The notes: generated by a model not told the origin, from the letters alone. DNA of 64,000 nt from Candidatus Zixiibacteriota bacterium (GCA_036480375.1 JAZGGI010000021.1:10083-74082); one strand, 5' to 3'; shown: positions 53,430-64,000, counted from the stretch's first letter. A program made the numbers and translations.

Positions 53430-54503
53430 ATGAAAGCAGCTATAATAAACTCCCGGCAATCGGCTTATCCCGTTGGCGATGATTTGTGGGTTCAAAAAAC
53501 CCTGCGGGCCGTGGAATACCTGGCCGGTCGCCAATATACAATCGTTACTTCAATCGGCTTAAATACCTGGGAATTGGTTTTAGCTCTCGCCTCACAATAT
53601 AAAGCGGAAGTTAATATAATCATGCCTGCCCAAAAATATGAGACCGGCCTTGAGGAAAAAATTATTAATGATTTCAAACTTGATTCGAAGCGCGTGTGGT
53701 TTCTAAAATCCGATGAGTTAATACCTGAAAAAAGACAAAGACTTTTATCACGTGATAAAGCCGTAATCGATTTGGCTGATATTCTTGTTCCAATTTCAAT
53801 CCGACCGAGCGGAAATATGGTATATCTTTTAGATTGCAGTAAGGACAAAATTTTTTCCCGTTACCAAATTCCTTATCAGAAAAGCCGTCGTCGGCCAAGC
53901 TATAAAATCATTAAGTTAAATCCGGAATTATCAGATGGAAAATGGCTCGTTCATTTCACTCGCAGCGGCAAATTTCCCTGGCCGGGATTGACATCTTTTG
54001 AGTTTTATCACTCGATGATTTCATCCGGCAAAGAATATTGCCAGTCAGCGCACAATGTCCTTGTTCGAATTCTCGAGAGCAGGATTATCAGGGCCAGTAA
54101 TAATAATATCGCCGATGGCTCATACGTTGTTGGATTTTCAAATCTGATTAATGTTGATCCCGCCGAGATTTTTAGATATCGCTCTCGATTGGTTAATCCA
54201 TATTTCGAACCATACGGTCTGGCAATCTCAACCGATTATGTGAGTAAACATGGAATCTCTCCGGTGATTTACGGGGATAGGCATCTTTACGATACTCTTG
54301 ATGGTGATAAACGATCCTTTTTTCAATCCAGAGGCAAAAAGAATCAATGGGTCGGTGAAAATGAGTGGCGGCATATCGGTGATTTTGTATTTGACAATAT
54401 TCCGCCGGACCATCTTCGAATTATTGTTCCGAATCAGAAAGAAGTAAATGAATTTCAGGCTATGTCCAGTATTCCGGTGATCCCGCTCGATTTTACAGAA
54501 TAA
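53430..54503 (+). CDS. Fusion protein: DprA/Smf-like (SLOG-type Rossmann) N-domain plus AbiGi-like C-domain
   Basis: 357-aa ORF.
- N-half: TIVTSIGLNTWELVLALA...VNIIMPA...LSRDKAVIDLADILVPISIRPSGNM parallels the DprA pattern (SGxAxGiD..AH...RNRIIagLsd.vlVvEa..kSGsl).
- C-half: WLVHFTRS, LVRILESRIIRAS, VVGFSNL and EPYGLAISTDYVSKHGISPVIYG parallel the AbiGi (PF10899-type) pattern as I remember it. Confidence 0.45.
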   Translation: MKAAIINSRQSAYPVGDDLWVQKTLRAVEYLAGRQYTIVTSIGLNTWELVLALASQYKAEVNIIMPAQKYETGLEEKIINDFKLDSKRVWFLKSDELIPEKRQRLLSRDKAVIDLADILVPISIRPSGNMVYLLDCSKDKIFSRYQIPYQKSRRRPSYKIIKLNPELSDGKWLVHFTRSGKFPWPGLTSFEFYHSMISSGKEYCQSAHNVLVRILESRIIRASNNNIADGSYVVGFSNLINVDPAEIFRYRSRLVNPYFEPYGLAISTDYVSKHGISPVIYGDRHLYDTLDGDKRSFFQSRGKKNQWVGENEWRHIGDFVFDNIPPDHLRIIVPNQKEVNEFQAMSSIPVIPLDFTE

Positions 54504-54663
54504 ATTACCCGGATTCAAAGTTGCAGTTTTAATCACAAAAATAATATGGAGTTATAAATTTTGAAGAACGATATGCCCCTGAGTAAGCTATTAATTAAAC
54601 GATTCTTCCTCAAAATCCGCAGGAAAAGTTTGTGAAAAAAATAACAAATGGCGTTAAAATAAC

Positions 54664-54691
54664 TTGACAACAAACTCTCACAAAATATATT
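54664..54691 (+). promoter_or_regulatory. Candidate sigma70-type promoter for the atp operon
   Basis: TTGACA (54664-54669), a 16-nt spacer, then TATATT (54686-54691), about 60 nt upstream of the first atp-associated ORF. Confidence 0.3.
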
Positions 54692-54750
54692 TCCCCCTTG
54701 TAATATCGGGGCTGAAGCCCGTGCGGTAATATGGTGAAATCTGTAAACCT

Positions 54751-55020
54751 TTGAGGTTTCAGGGTACGTTAAAGAAAAGTAAGAGAATTGAGGGAGCAAG
54801 GCAGATAGGCATCGCGACGACTATACCGTTTCTGTTAGTCGCCGGTCCTGTCATTGGATATTTCGTAGGAAATTGGATAGACAAAAAACTGGGTACCGAG
54901 CCATACTTGATGATAATCCTTATTCTTTTGGGATTTTTATCATCCGGGAAAGAGACCTATAAATTAATAAAGCAGTTAAATGATGGCAGCAAAGATACTG
55001 ACGACGAATTTCACAGCTGA
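54751..55020 (+). CDS. atpZ: AtpZ-like small membrane protein (ATPase_gene1 family)
   Basis: GIATTIPFLLVAGPVIGYFVGNWIDKKLGTEPYLMIILILLGFLSS is the typical two-TM AtpZ pattern. The start codon is uncertain. Confidence 0.6.
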   Translation: MRFQGTLKKSKRIEGARQIGIATTIPFLLVAGPVIGYFVGNWIDKKLGTEPYLMIILILLGFLSSGKETYKLIKQLNDGSKDTDDEFHS

Positions 55021-55411
55021 TTTTATTCAGCGAACCTTAAGAACTACTGGTATTGTTCTTATTATTACGTTCTTACTTGGTCTGTACTATTTCGGATTAT
55101 ATGATTCTCTTGCCTATTTATCGGCTGGCATCTGGTCGATGCTAAATTTAATATTTTTGGCGGCTCTGGTGAGAATGGCTCTTCGACCCGACAAAATCGA
55201 CAAACTGGCCGTTGCCGGATTGGCGCTAATTAAGTTTCCTTTATTATATGGAACCGGGTATTTTTTATTTACGGTTGAAATCTTTCGTCCCATACCTTTA
55301 TTCATCGGTCTTTCAATCGTGTTATTGATTATGTCATTAAAAGCCCTCTCTCGGGCAATGTTAAAGCTTGATTTTGTAAACCAGGAAGATAGTTCTCGAG
55401 GCGTTGCATGA
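54980..55411 (+). CDS. atpI: AtpI-like membrane protein (ATP synthase protein I position)
   Basis: 143-aa ORF with four hydrophobic helices, immediately upstream of and overlapping atpB. Confidence 0.5.
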   Translation: MMAAKILTTNFTADFIQRTLRTTGIVLIITFLLGLYYFGLYDSLAYLSAGIWSMLNLIFLAALVRMALRPDKIDKLAVAGLALIKFPLLYGTGYFLFTVEIFRPIPLFIGLSIVLLIMSLKALSRAMLKLDFVNQEDSSRGVA

Positions 55412-56244
55412 TTCATTACAAGCTTCTAAATAATCTCATTATTCTCACCAGTGAAGTAGCCAATAAGGCGGGCGAGGCTTCAGAACATGGAAATGGCCAA
55501 GAAGATGGCATTAGCATGGTAATGCCAAATCTATTAACATTCATCTTTGGAAATGAATTCGGGCATCATTATGCTGTGACCATTTTCGCTCTTCTTATTG
55601 CTGTAGGTATGATGATAATGGGAATGATGGTTTATAAAAACCGTCAAATGATTCCCGGCCCGTTTCAAAACGTGGTTGAGATGATATTTGAGGGTTTGTA
55701 TAATCTGGTTCATTCCATGCTGGGCAAAGCTACTGACCGCTATATTCCATTTCTGGGAACGTTATTTATCTATATTTGGTTTATGAATTTGAGCGGCCTG
55801 GTACCGTTTGTCCACGCTCCGACTTCATCAATTAAGATGACGATAGCCTTGGCGATCACAGTATTTATATATGTGCAATACATTTCTTTCACTCGGATGG
55901 GATTCAAGAAATATTTCCTTCATTTATGTGGCGATCCTTATTCTGGCGTTACCTGGGTTCTGGTTATTATTAACTTCCCTCTACATTTTATTGGAGAGTT
56001 CATTAAGCCGATTTCACTGGCTGCGCGACTTTTTGGAAATATTTTTGGCGAGGATACTCTTATCGCGGTCATGGTATCGCTTGGTGTCCTTGCGCTATCG
56101 GCAATTCATAGCCCAATAGGTATTCCATTCCAGTTGCCTTTTTATTTCCTGTCGCTATTGCTCGGAACGATTCAGGCATTGGTTTTCACACTGTTATCAA
56201 CCGGATATATAATGATGGCTCTGCCCCATGGGGAAGACCATTAA
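55408..56244 (+). CDS. atpB: F0F1 ATP synthase subunit a
   Basis: It carries the conserved Arg motif LAARLFGNIFGE and the C-terminal helices LLGTIQALVFTLL. Confidence 0.92.
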   Translation: MIHYKLLNNLIILTSEVANKAGEASEHGNGQEDGISMVMPNLLTFIFGNEFGHHYAVTIFALLIAVGMMIMGMMVYKNRQMIPGPFQNVVEMIFEGLYNLVHSMLGKATDRYIPFLGTLFIYIWFMNLSGLVPFVHAPTSSIKMTIALAITVFIYVQYISFTRMGFKKYFLHLCGDPYSGVTWVLVIINFPLHFIGEFIKPISLAARLFGNIFGEDTLIAVMVSLGVLALSAIHSPIGIPFQLPFYFLSLLLGTIQALVFTLLSTGYIMMALPHGEDH

Positions 56245-56295
56245 AAATGAAAATAGAGAAGGAAATAAATACAACGTAAGTTTTTTGGAGGTAAT

Positions 56296-56532
56296 ATGGA
56301 TTATCAAACTGGATTGGCGATTGCCGCTCCTCTGGCGATTGGTGTTGCCGCAATCGGATCAGGTCTGGGTTTGGGTAAAGCTGTCGGTTCTGCTATGGAA
56401 GCTATGGGGCGTCAGCCGGAAGCGATTGCCAAGATTCAGACAGGAATGATTATTGGCGCCGCGTTCATCGAAGCGTTGACAATCTATGCTCTGCTCGCAT
56501 TTCTTATGGTTATGGGAAAAATCGGCGCGTAA
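56296..56532 (+). CDS. atpE: F0F1 ATP synthase subunit c
   Basis: 78-aa hairpin protein with the GRQPE loop and the carboxylate in AFIEALTIYALL. Confidence 0.93.
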   Translation: MDYQTGLAIAAPLAIGVAAIGSGLGLGKAVGSAMEAMGRQPEAIAKIQTGMIIGAAFIEALTIYALLAFLMVMGKIGA

Positions 56533-56621
56533 TCATTGTTCCATTTTTTGGAATCGTGCGTAAAAAACCTGCCGGTTAAACGCCGGGCTTAACCGCTCGG
56601 TGTTGCCAGGGAGAAATTGAT

Positions 56622-57119
56622 ATGGATCTTTTTGCAGAACTACTAGATTGGAAATTAATAGCAACTCATATCTTCGGGTTTGTTATTATGGTTTGGATTC
56701 TCAAAAAGTTTGCCTGGAAGCCAATTCTGGGTATTCTGGCCGAACGGCGGGAAAAAATAATATCCGAGTTCGACAATATCGAATCAGGAAAGGCCGAAAT
56801 AGCCCAAACCAAAGAAGGGTATGAGGCCAAGCTCAAAGATATCGATAATCTCGCCCGTCAGAAATTGACCGAAGCGGTCAATGAAGGTCAAAAAATCGCG
56901 GCGGAGATTAAAGAGAAGGGTCGCGACGAGGCCAAGGGCATCATCGACAACGCCAAGGCGCAACTTGACCGCGATGTCGAAAAAGCCCGTGCCGGTCTTA
57001 AAGAAGACATGGTCAATATGACTATTTCGGCGGCCGAAAAAATCATTTCGGCAAAGGTGGACGAACCGGAAAACCGTCGGCTGATCGGAAACTTTATCGA
57101 TAGCGTGGAGAAAGCTTAA
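56622..57119 (+). CDS. atpF: F0F1 ATP synthase subunit b
   Basis: A single N-terminal TM helix is followed by a long charged coiled coil (ILAERREKIISEFD...). Operon position also supports the call. Confidence 0.88.
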   Translation: MDLFAELLDWKLIATHIFGFVIMVWILKKFAWKPILGILAERREKIISEFDNIESGKAEIAQTKEGYEAKLKDIDNLARQKLTEAVNEGQKIAAEIKEKGRDEAKGIIDNAKAQLDRDVEKARAGLKEDMVNMTISAAEKIISAKVDEPENRRLIGNFIDSVEKA

Positions 57120-57122
57120 AAG

Positions 57123-57671
57123 ATGTTAGCGCAGGAAGTCGCCAAAAAATACTCGACCGCCCTGTTTAATATTGTTCGGGATAAGGGCTTGATTGACGAA
57201 GCTTACCAACAGTTCGAGGAGCTTGACGCTCTGATAAACAAAGACCGCACGCTGTTGCAGTTTCTTTTGGCTCCTCATATTCTCGATCAGCACAAACTGG
57301 CGTTGATTCGCGATGTTTTCAAAGAGCGCTTAAACCCGCTTTTCCTCGAATTTCTCCTCGTCCTGATTCGCAAGCACCGCATCGGTTTTCTGCATAACAT
57401 TTGCGAAGAGTTCCGGGAACGAGTGGCCAAAGCGCGCGGGATGCTCGTCGCCAGGGTGACAACGGCGACGTCTATGAATGATGATGAACGACGCCGACTC
57501 ACCGAAAAACTCGCCGGCAAAACCGGCAAGACGATTGAGCTTGAAGAAAAAGTCGATCCGAAGATTTTGGGTGGAATGATTATCATTCTCGGTGATCAGA
57601 TTATTGACGGTTCAGTCCGGCACCATCTGGCGATATTGAAAGAAGATTTGATGAAATTAAAAGTCGCTTAA
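57123..57671 (+). CDS. atpH: F0F1 ATP synthase subunit delta (OSCP)
   Basis: 182-aa ORF with the VAKKYSTALF N-terminus and ILGGMIIILGDQIIDGSVR C-terminus, typical of delta. Confidence 0.85.
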   Translation: MLAQEVAKKYSTALFNIVRDKGLIDEAYQQFEELDALINKDRTLLQFLLAPHILDQHKLALIRDVFKERLNPLFLEFLLVLIRKHRIGFLHNICEEFRERVAKARGMLVARVTTATSMNDDERRRLTEKLAGKTGKTIELEEKVDPKILGGMIIILGDQIIDGSVRHHLAILKEDLMKLKVA

Positions 57672-57727
57672 GTGCGGCTGTGATAAATAAACGAAAATAA
57701 ACATTAACTATACAGGAGAAGTGCCTT

Positions 57728-59248
57728 ATGGGTCTCAATCCTGAAGAAGTCTCATCGGTTATACAAAAAGAGATTGCCAAGTATGAGACCAAGCTTGAAA
57801 TGGAATCGGTCGGTACCGTTCTTCAGGTCGGTGATGGTATCGCGCGTGTCTGGGGTCTTGAAGATGTGATGATGTCTGAACTGGTCACGTTCCCCGGCGA
57901 TATTACCGGATTGGTATTAAACCTCGAAGAAGATAACGTCGGTGTCGCTATTTTTGGAAATGACCGCTACATTAAGGAAGGCGACACGGTCCGCCGGACC
58001 GGCAACGTAGCCCGAGTTCCTGTCGGTGACGCCCTCATCGGTCGCGTTGTCAACTCAATCGGCGAGCCGCTCGACGGCAAAGGCCCGATTGTAACCGACA
58101 AATTCCGCCTCCTTGAAGGCCGGGCTCCCAACGTCGTTCAGCGTCAACCGGTGAAAGAACCGATGATGACCGGTCTCAAGGCGATTGACTCAATGATTCC
58201 GATCGGCCGCGGCCAGCGTGAATTGATTATCGGCGACCGCCAGACGGGTAAAACTGCGATAGCTATCGACGCCATAATCAATCAAAAAGACACCGATGTA
58301 TTTTGCATCTATGTCGCTATTGGTCAAAAGGCGTCCAGTGTCGCTCGCGTTGTCGAGATTCTCGACCGGCATGGAGCCATGGAATACACGACTGTCGTTT
58401 CCGCAACCGCCAACGACCCGGCTCCGCTTCAATACATCGCGCCTTATGCCGGATGTGCTATCGGCGAGGAATTCCTCTATACCGGACGTCATGCTCTCGT
58501 CATCTATGATGATTTATCCAAACAGGCTCAGTCATACAGGCAATTATCTTTGCTTCTTCGTCGTCCTCCGGGCCGTGAAGCCTACCCAGGCGATATCTTC
58601 TATTGCCACTCCCGACTTCTTGAGCGCGCCGCCAAGCTGTCCGATGAGGAAGGCGGTGGCTCATTGACGGCTCTTCCGGTTATCGAAACCCAGGCCGGAG
58701 ACGTTTCGGCGTATATCCCGACCAACGTCATATCGATTACCGATGGTCAGATTTATCTGGAGCCGGATTTGTTCTTCGCTGGAGTTCGTCCGGCGATTAA
58801 CGTCGGTATTTCGGTTTCTCGTGTCGGCGGTAACGCCCAGACCAAAGCGATGAAAAAAATCGCCGGTTCCCTGCGTTTGGATTTGGCCCAGTATCGAGAA
58901 TTGGCCGCCTTTGCTCAGTTCGGTTCGGACCTCGACGAAGCCACTAAGAGGCAGTTGACCCGCGGTGAACGGATGGTTGAAATTCTCAAGCAGGGACAAT
59001 ACGTTCCGCAATCTTTGGCCCGCCAGGTAAACATCATTTGGGCCGGCGCCAACGGTTATCTGGATGATATTGCCATTTCCGACCTGGAAAAATTCGAGAC
59101 CGAATATCTGGCGTTTGTAGAAAAAGAATTTCCGGATATCATGATTAATATTGATAAGGAAAAAGAGATTTCCGACGCAACCGACCAAAAAATGCATGAT
59201 GCCGCGAAGAAATTCAAAGAGCAGTTTAGCCCATCGACAAGTGAATAA
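57728..59248 (+). CDS. atpA: F0F1 ATP synthase subunit alpha
   Basis: [14 protein letters not shown]-loop, [12 protein letters not shown] and the [23 protein letters not shown] signature. Confidence 0.98.
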   Translation: MGLNPEEVSSVIQKEIAKYETKLEMESVGTVLQVGDGIARVWGLEDVMMSELVTFPGDITGLVLNLEEDNVGVAIFGNDRYIKEGDTVRRTGNVARVPVGDALIGRVVNSIGEPLDGKGPIVTDKFRLLEGRAPNVVQRQPVKEPMMTGLKAIDSMIPIGRGQRELIIGDRQTGKTAIAIDAIINQKDTDVFCIYVAIGQKASSVARVVEILDRHGAMEYTTVVSATANDPAPLQYIAPYAGCAIGEEFLYTGRHALVIYDDLSKQAQSYRQLSLLLRRPPGREAYPGDIFYCHSRLLERAAKLSDEEGGGSLTALPVIETQAGDVSAYIPTNVISITDGQIYLEPDLFFAGVRPAINVGISVSRVGGNAQTKAMKKIAGSLRLDLAQYRELAAFAQFGSDLDEATKRQLTRGERMVEILKQGQYVPQSLARQVNIIWAGANGYLDDIAISDLEKFETEYLAFVEKEFPDIMINIDKEKEISDATDQKMHDAAKKFKEQFSPSTSE

Positions 59249-59251
59249 ATT

Positions 59252-60115
59252 ATGGCGACGCTTCGAGATATATTAAAAAGAGTCAATTCGGTAAAATCGA
59301 CTCGTCAGATTACCAGGGCGATGAAGATGGTGGCCGCGGCCCAGTTGCGTAAAGCGCAATTGCAGGCCGAGCAGTCGCGCCCCTATGCGGAAAAAATGGC
59401 CGATATGCTGGGACATCTCTCCGCCGCCGCAACCGATAAATTGTCTCATCCTTTTTTCGAAAAACGCGATCCAAAGAAGCAAACCCTGGTTTTGATGACT
59501 TCGGATCGAGGCTTATGCGGAGCATTTAATTCCAACCTGATCCGTAAAGCGCAGGATTGGTTATCGGAACGGGATCTGGACAAAACCGAACTGGTCACGG
59601 TTGGCCGTCGGGGATATCTGTATTTCCGTAAACGGCAGTGGAAGATTTCCGAGGCGTATAATGAATTCAACGCCGAAATGAATTTTGACATGGTGCGTGA
59701 TCTGGTTGGCTATTTGACTAATCGCTTTGTTTCGGGGCAGACGGATGAGATTTATCTGTTGTACGCCAAGTTTTACTCGACCGCAAAAAATATCCCGACC
59801 ATCGAGAAGTATTTGAATATTGATCGTCCCGAAACGAGTGAGGGAGAATCGGTCGGCGCGTACATTTTCGAACCGAATCCGGATGCCATCTTTTCGGACC
59901 TGCTTCCGCGCTATGCTTTGGTGCGTTTGCAATCGGCTTTGGCTGATTCATTCGCTTCTGAGCACGCGACCCGAATGATGGCGATGACTCTGGCGACTCA
60001 AAATGCCGGAGAAATGATTGACAGCTTGACGCTGCAATACAACAAAGCCCGTCAGGCGGCGATTACCAAGGAGATACTTGAAGTTGTCTCGGGCGCCGAA
60101 GCGCTCAAGACATAA
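59252..60115 (+). CDS. atpG: F0F1 ATP synthase subunit gamma
   Basis: The N-terminus IKRVNSVKSTRQITRAMKMVAAAQLRKAQ and C-terminus YNKARQAAITKEILEVVSGAEAL are canonical. Confidence 0.95.
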   Translation: MATLRDILKRVNSVKSTRQITRAMKMVAAAQLRKAQLQAEQSRPYAEKMADMLGHLSAAATDKLSHPFFEKRDPKKQTLVLMTSDRGLCGAFNSNLIRKAQDWLSERDLDKTELVTVGRRGYLYFRKRQWKISEAYNEFNAEMNFDMVRDLVGYLTNRFVSGQTDEIYLLYAKFYSTAKNIPTIEKYLNIDRPETSEGESVGAYIFEPNPDAIFSDLLPRYALVRLQSALADSFASEHATRMMAMTLATQNAGEMIDSLTLQYNKARQAAITKEILEVVSGAEALKT

Positions 60116-60188
60116 CATAGATTTTGCCATTGTGCGATATTGAATAAGCACGATGGCGCTGACAAAGAAAAAAACATAGTCTTTATAG

Positions 60189-61612
<1,424 letters not shown>

Positions 61613-61613
<1 letters not shown>

Positions 61614-62011
61614 TGTACAAATTGTCGATAGTTACTCCGGAAAAGATAATCTACGAGGAAGAGGTTAGCTCGATCATTGCTCCCGGCACCCTCGGGTATC
61701 TGGGAATAATGAGCAATCACGCCCCGATTATAACGTCGTTGAAACCGGGTAAGCTGATGATCAAGGACAACAAAGACGAAGTGATTAATTTTGCCCTGTC
61801 GGGCGGATTTCTGGAAAACTCTTCCAATGTCTGCACTATCTTAGCCGACTCGGCCGAATTTGCCAGCGATATTGATCTGGAGCGGGCCAGAGAATCTCTT
61901 GCACGCGCCAAACAGCGCATCCGGAACGCCGCCGGTGAAATTGATGTCGGCCGCGCCAGAAACGCTTATGAACGGGCCAAAAACCGCTTGACTATCGCCA
62001 AAGATAAATAA
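61613..62011 (+). CDS. atpC: F0F1 ATP synthase subunit epsilon
   Basis: 132-aa ORF with a beta-sandwich N-domain (LSIVTPEKIIYEEEV...GYLGIMSNHAP) and a helical hairpin. Its start overlaps the atpD stop (TAATG). Confidence 0.92.
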
Positions 62012-62040
62012 AAAACAACAACCCCCCCTGTTGATTGATG

Positions 62041-62077
62041 AGGTCGGAAGCGCAACGCAACCGACCTTATCGTTTTT
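62041..62077 (+). terminator. Probable rho-independent terminator of the atp operon
   Basis: Stem aggtcgg (62041-62047) pairs with ccgacct (62061-62067), followed by tatcgttttt. Confidence 0.5.
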
Positions 62078-62154
62078 AAATACTCCAGAGAATTAAACAT
62101 TTCCCACCTATATTTCGTCTCTTTTCCGTAAAGCCGGGTAAAGGAGAAATCAAA

Positions 62155-63090
62155 ATGAACCGCTATTCCAAGGTACCAAACTTTATAATTCTATCATTTA
62201 TCTTGCTATTGGCAGTACATCCTTGTTTTGCGCAGGATAATGCAGTTTTATCAGGTCCTTATTTCGGACAAGATCCACCTGAATTAGAGCCGCTCGTATT
62301 TGCAAAAGGGATTATAGACTATGACATTCATGGTTGTCCTGTATTTACACCGGATGGTAAAGAAGCATACTGGACGGTAATGAAAACTTTCAAAATGATG
62401 CATTCCAAGGAAGTAAACGGAGTCTGGACGCCTCCCGATACTTTTCAATTTTCATTGGAATTTGATGCTTCTGACGCACCATGCCTATCACCAGATGGGA
62501 ATCGATTGTTTTTTCTATCATATGAAGAAAAAGTTTCCGGTTCGGGTCGTGAACATGTCGACAATATCCGGTATATGGATCGCGTTGAAGGCGGATGGAG
62601 CGAGCCACAACTGGTAGGTTCGGGAATCAACGATTTCAAAACGCACTGGCAGTTTTCTATAGCCAATAATGGTAGCATATATTTTGGAGCAAAGGAAACA
62701 GGCAATGGAGATATATATGTTTCACGATTTGAAAACGGCATATATCAGCCTGCAGAAGTACTGGGATCAAATATAAACAGCGAGCATTATGATTATTCAC
62801 CATTTATTGATCCCAATGAGAATTATATAATATTTTCACGAACCGTCGGAGATGCGCGGAAAGATTACGCTGATTTATATATAAGCTTCAAAGATGGTGA
62901 TGGCAATTGGTCGAAAGCTGTTCCTATGGAAGCTTTAAATACTAGGGTTCATGAAATGAATCCCAACGTGACTCGCGATGGAAAATATCTTTTTTTTCTG
63001 AGAAATACTTGGGGCAATAATTGGGATGGATCATCCACGCATTGGGTAAGCGCCAGGATTATAGATAGATATAAAACATCAGAAAATTAG
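62155..63090 (+). CDS. Exported PD40/TolB-like beta-propeller repeat protein
   Basis: It has the signal peptide MNRYSKVPNFIILSFILLLAVHPCFA. Motifs resembling WD40-like PD40 blades recur (FTPDGKEAYW, LSPDGNRLFF, FIDPNENYIIFSR, VTRDGKYLFF). Confidence 0.5.
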   Translation: MNRYSKVPNFIILSFILLLAVHPCFAQDNAVLSGPYFGQDPPELEPLVFAKGIIDYDIHGCPVFTPDGKEAYWTVMKTFKMMHSKEVNGVWTPPDTFQFSLEFDASDAPCLSPDGNRLFFLSYEEKVSGSGREHVDNIRYMDRVEGGWSEPQLVGSGINDFKTHWQFSIANNGSIYFGAKETGNGDIYVSRFENGIYQPAEVLGSNINSEHYDYSPFIDPNENYIIFSRTVGDARKDYADLYISFKDGDGNWSKAVPMEALNTRVHEMNPNVTRDGKYLFFLRNTWGNNWDGSSTHWVSARIIDRYKTSEN

Positions 63091-63269
63091 CGGATTGATA
63101 AAAAGTAAGCACTGGTTGCCCCACTGCTTACCGTGGATTTCGCTGATTACTCCGTGGGCGGCAGACGTCTCCTTCTGTTTCTTATTTACATTTTTCCCAC
63201 ACAAACACCAATAATTCCGAATAAATCCCTATATGCATGATGAAATATATAAAGGTCAGACAATCACCC

Positions 63270-63464
63270 GTAGGAGCTCGTCGTGACGAGCCCGCATTTA
63301 CTATTTTTCCGGATCACTCGCGAGCGATCCCTACTGTAATAACAGACCTATGCCTTTTCGTATTAACCACCGGGTTGATATGCCCCAAAAGGTTAATATG
63401 ACAAAACGAACCCATTTGGGATTGAAAAATGTTTTTTTGAAAAAACGAACCCAATTCGCCGTAA
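63270..63464. repeat. Intergenic repeat element, copy C (REPIN-like doublet plus both conserved flanking modules)
   Basis: GTAG (63270-63273) precedes gagctcgtcgtgacgagccc. ggatcactcgcgagcgatcc (63311-63330) is followed by CTAC (63331-63334). The 16-mer ttgatatgccccaaaa (63375-63390) equals 10078-10093. gacaaaacgaaccca (63400-63414) equals 25595-25609. The 23-mer at 63442-63464 equals 25598-25620. Confidence 0.55.
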
Positions 63465-63634
63465 CGAACGTAAATACAAGTGCTTACAAGTTATTTTTTG
63501 TAAAATATGAGATAATCGTAAGAAATATCCTGCTATCTACTCACTATATATACCAGGAATATATTAAACGAAAACACTTGCCCGTCGTCATAATGTAGAT
63601 GTAGCGGCGTATTTACTTCCGGGAGGTTATATTT

Positions 63635-64000
63635 ATGTCTTATCCGTTCTTAAAACAACTTTTTCTTTTGTCAGTTTTATTTACTTTTTCATCGGTTTTT
63701 GTAGGTGGTATTGATGCATCAAATTCAAAACCACTTAGCACCAATTCTCAAAGCCCTCCAGCGATTGGATCAATTGACAAAATCCAGTTGCCGTTCATTG
63801 AGAATGATGGTCAATATGACGATGTTGTGAGATTCTATGCCCGTACTTTCAGCGGGGTCGCGTTTGTCACCAATGATGGTCGCATAGTCTATTCAATGCC
63901 GGATCGAAGTTCAGATGGCGGACAAATAAACCTTGCGCTTCAGGAGCGGTTGCTTGGTAGAAATCGGATCGACCTACGGGGTATCGCACCGGCCACCTGT
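63635..64000 (+). CDS. Exported protein, N-terminal fragment (3' end outside the window); N-terminus resembles SBBP/DUF7948-type beta-propeller proteins
   Basis: ATG at 63635 follows gggagg (63621-63626) and the frame stays open to the window end. It has the signal peptide MSYPFLKQLFLLSVLFTFSSVFVGG. LPFIENDGQYDDVVRFYARTFSGVAFVTNDGRIVY resembles the LPLxFExNxGQ...V.F..R lead-in of that family. Confidence 0.45.
   Translation, partial: MSYPFLKQLFLLSVLFTFSSVFVGGIDASNSKPLSTNSQSPPAIGSIDKIQLPFIENDGQYDDVVRFYARTFSGVAFVTNDGRIVYSMPDRSSDGGQINLALQERLLGRNRIDLRGIAPATC

Noticed and set aside
63105-63132. The hairpin gtaagcactgg-ttgc-ccactgcttac after the PD40 gene, considered as a terminator.
   Set aside because: The stem contains a mismatch and is not followed by a U-tract, so the evidence is insufficient.

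Overview
This 64-kb window looks like a contig from an uncultivated bacterium. The lineage cannot be determined from sequence alone; the gene content is loosely reminiscent of FCB-type candidate phyla. Most of it is densely packed housekeeping DNA:
- mfd and gyrA
- the conserved ffh-rpsP-KH-rimM-trmD-rplS operon
- the ispE-spoVG-tRNA-Gln-prs-ctc cluster
- aconitase, gcvT and an ABC-F ATPase
- a complete classical menaquinone cluster (menF-D-H-B-A-C-E plus thioesterase and methyltransferase), headed by a DAHP synthase
- a full F1Fo ATP synthase operon (atpZ/I-B-E-F-H-A-G-D-C)

Four things interrupt this core and are the most interesting.
1. A low-GC, CpG-poor two-gene island lies next to ffh (23.1-25.7 kb). 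It encodes a SAMHD1-like HD dNTP-hydrolase-type protein translationally coupled to a small Panacea/YwgA-like protein with a possible wHTH tail. I propose it is a candidate nucleotide-depletion defence or toxin-antitoxin-like module.
2. A 1048-aa STAND/NLR-like P-loop NTPase carries about 10.5 near-identical 44-aa (132-bp) tandem repeats, with variation concentrated at a few repeat positions.
3. A single-gene fusion joins a DprA/SLOG-like Rossmann domain to an AbiGi-like domain.
4. A family of GTAG-headed palindromic REP/REPIN-like elements with conserved flanking modules occurs in at least three intergenic regions.

All functional calls come from motif recognition by eye. No database search was run.
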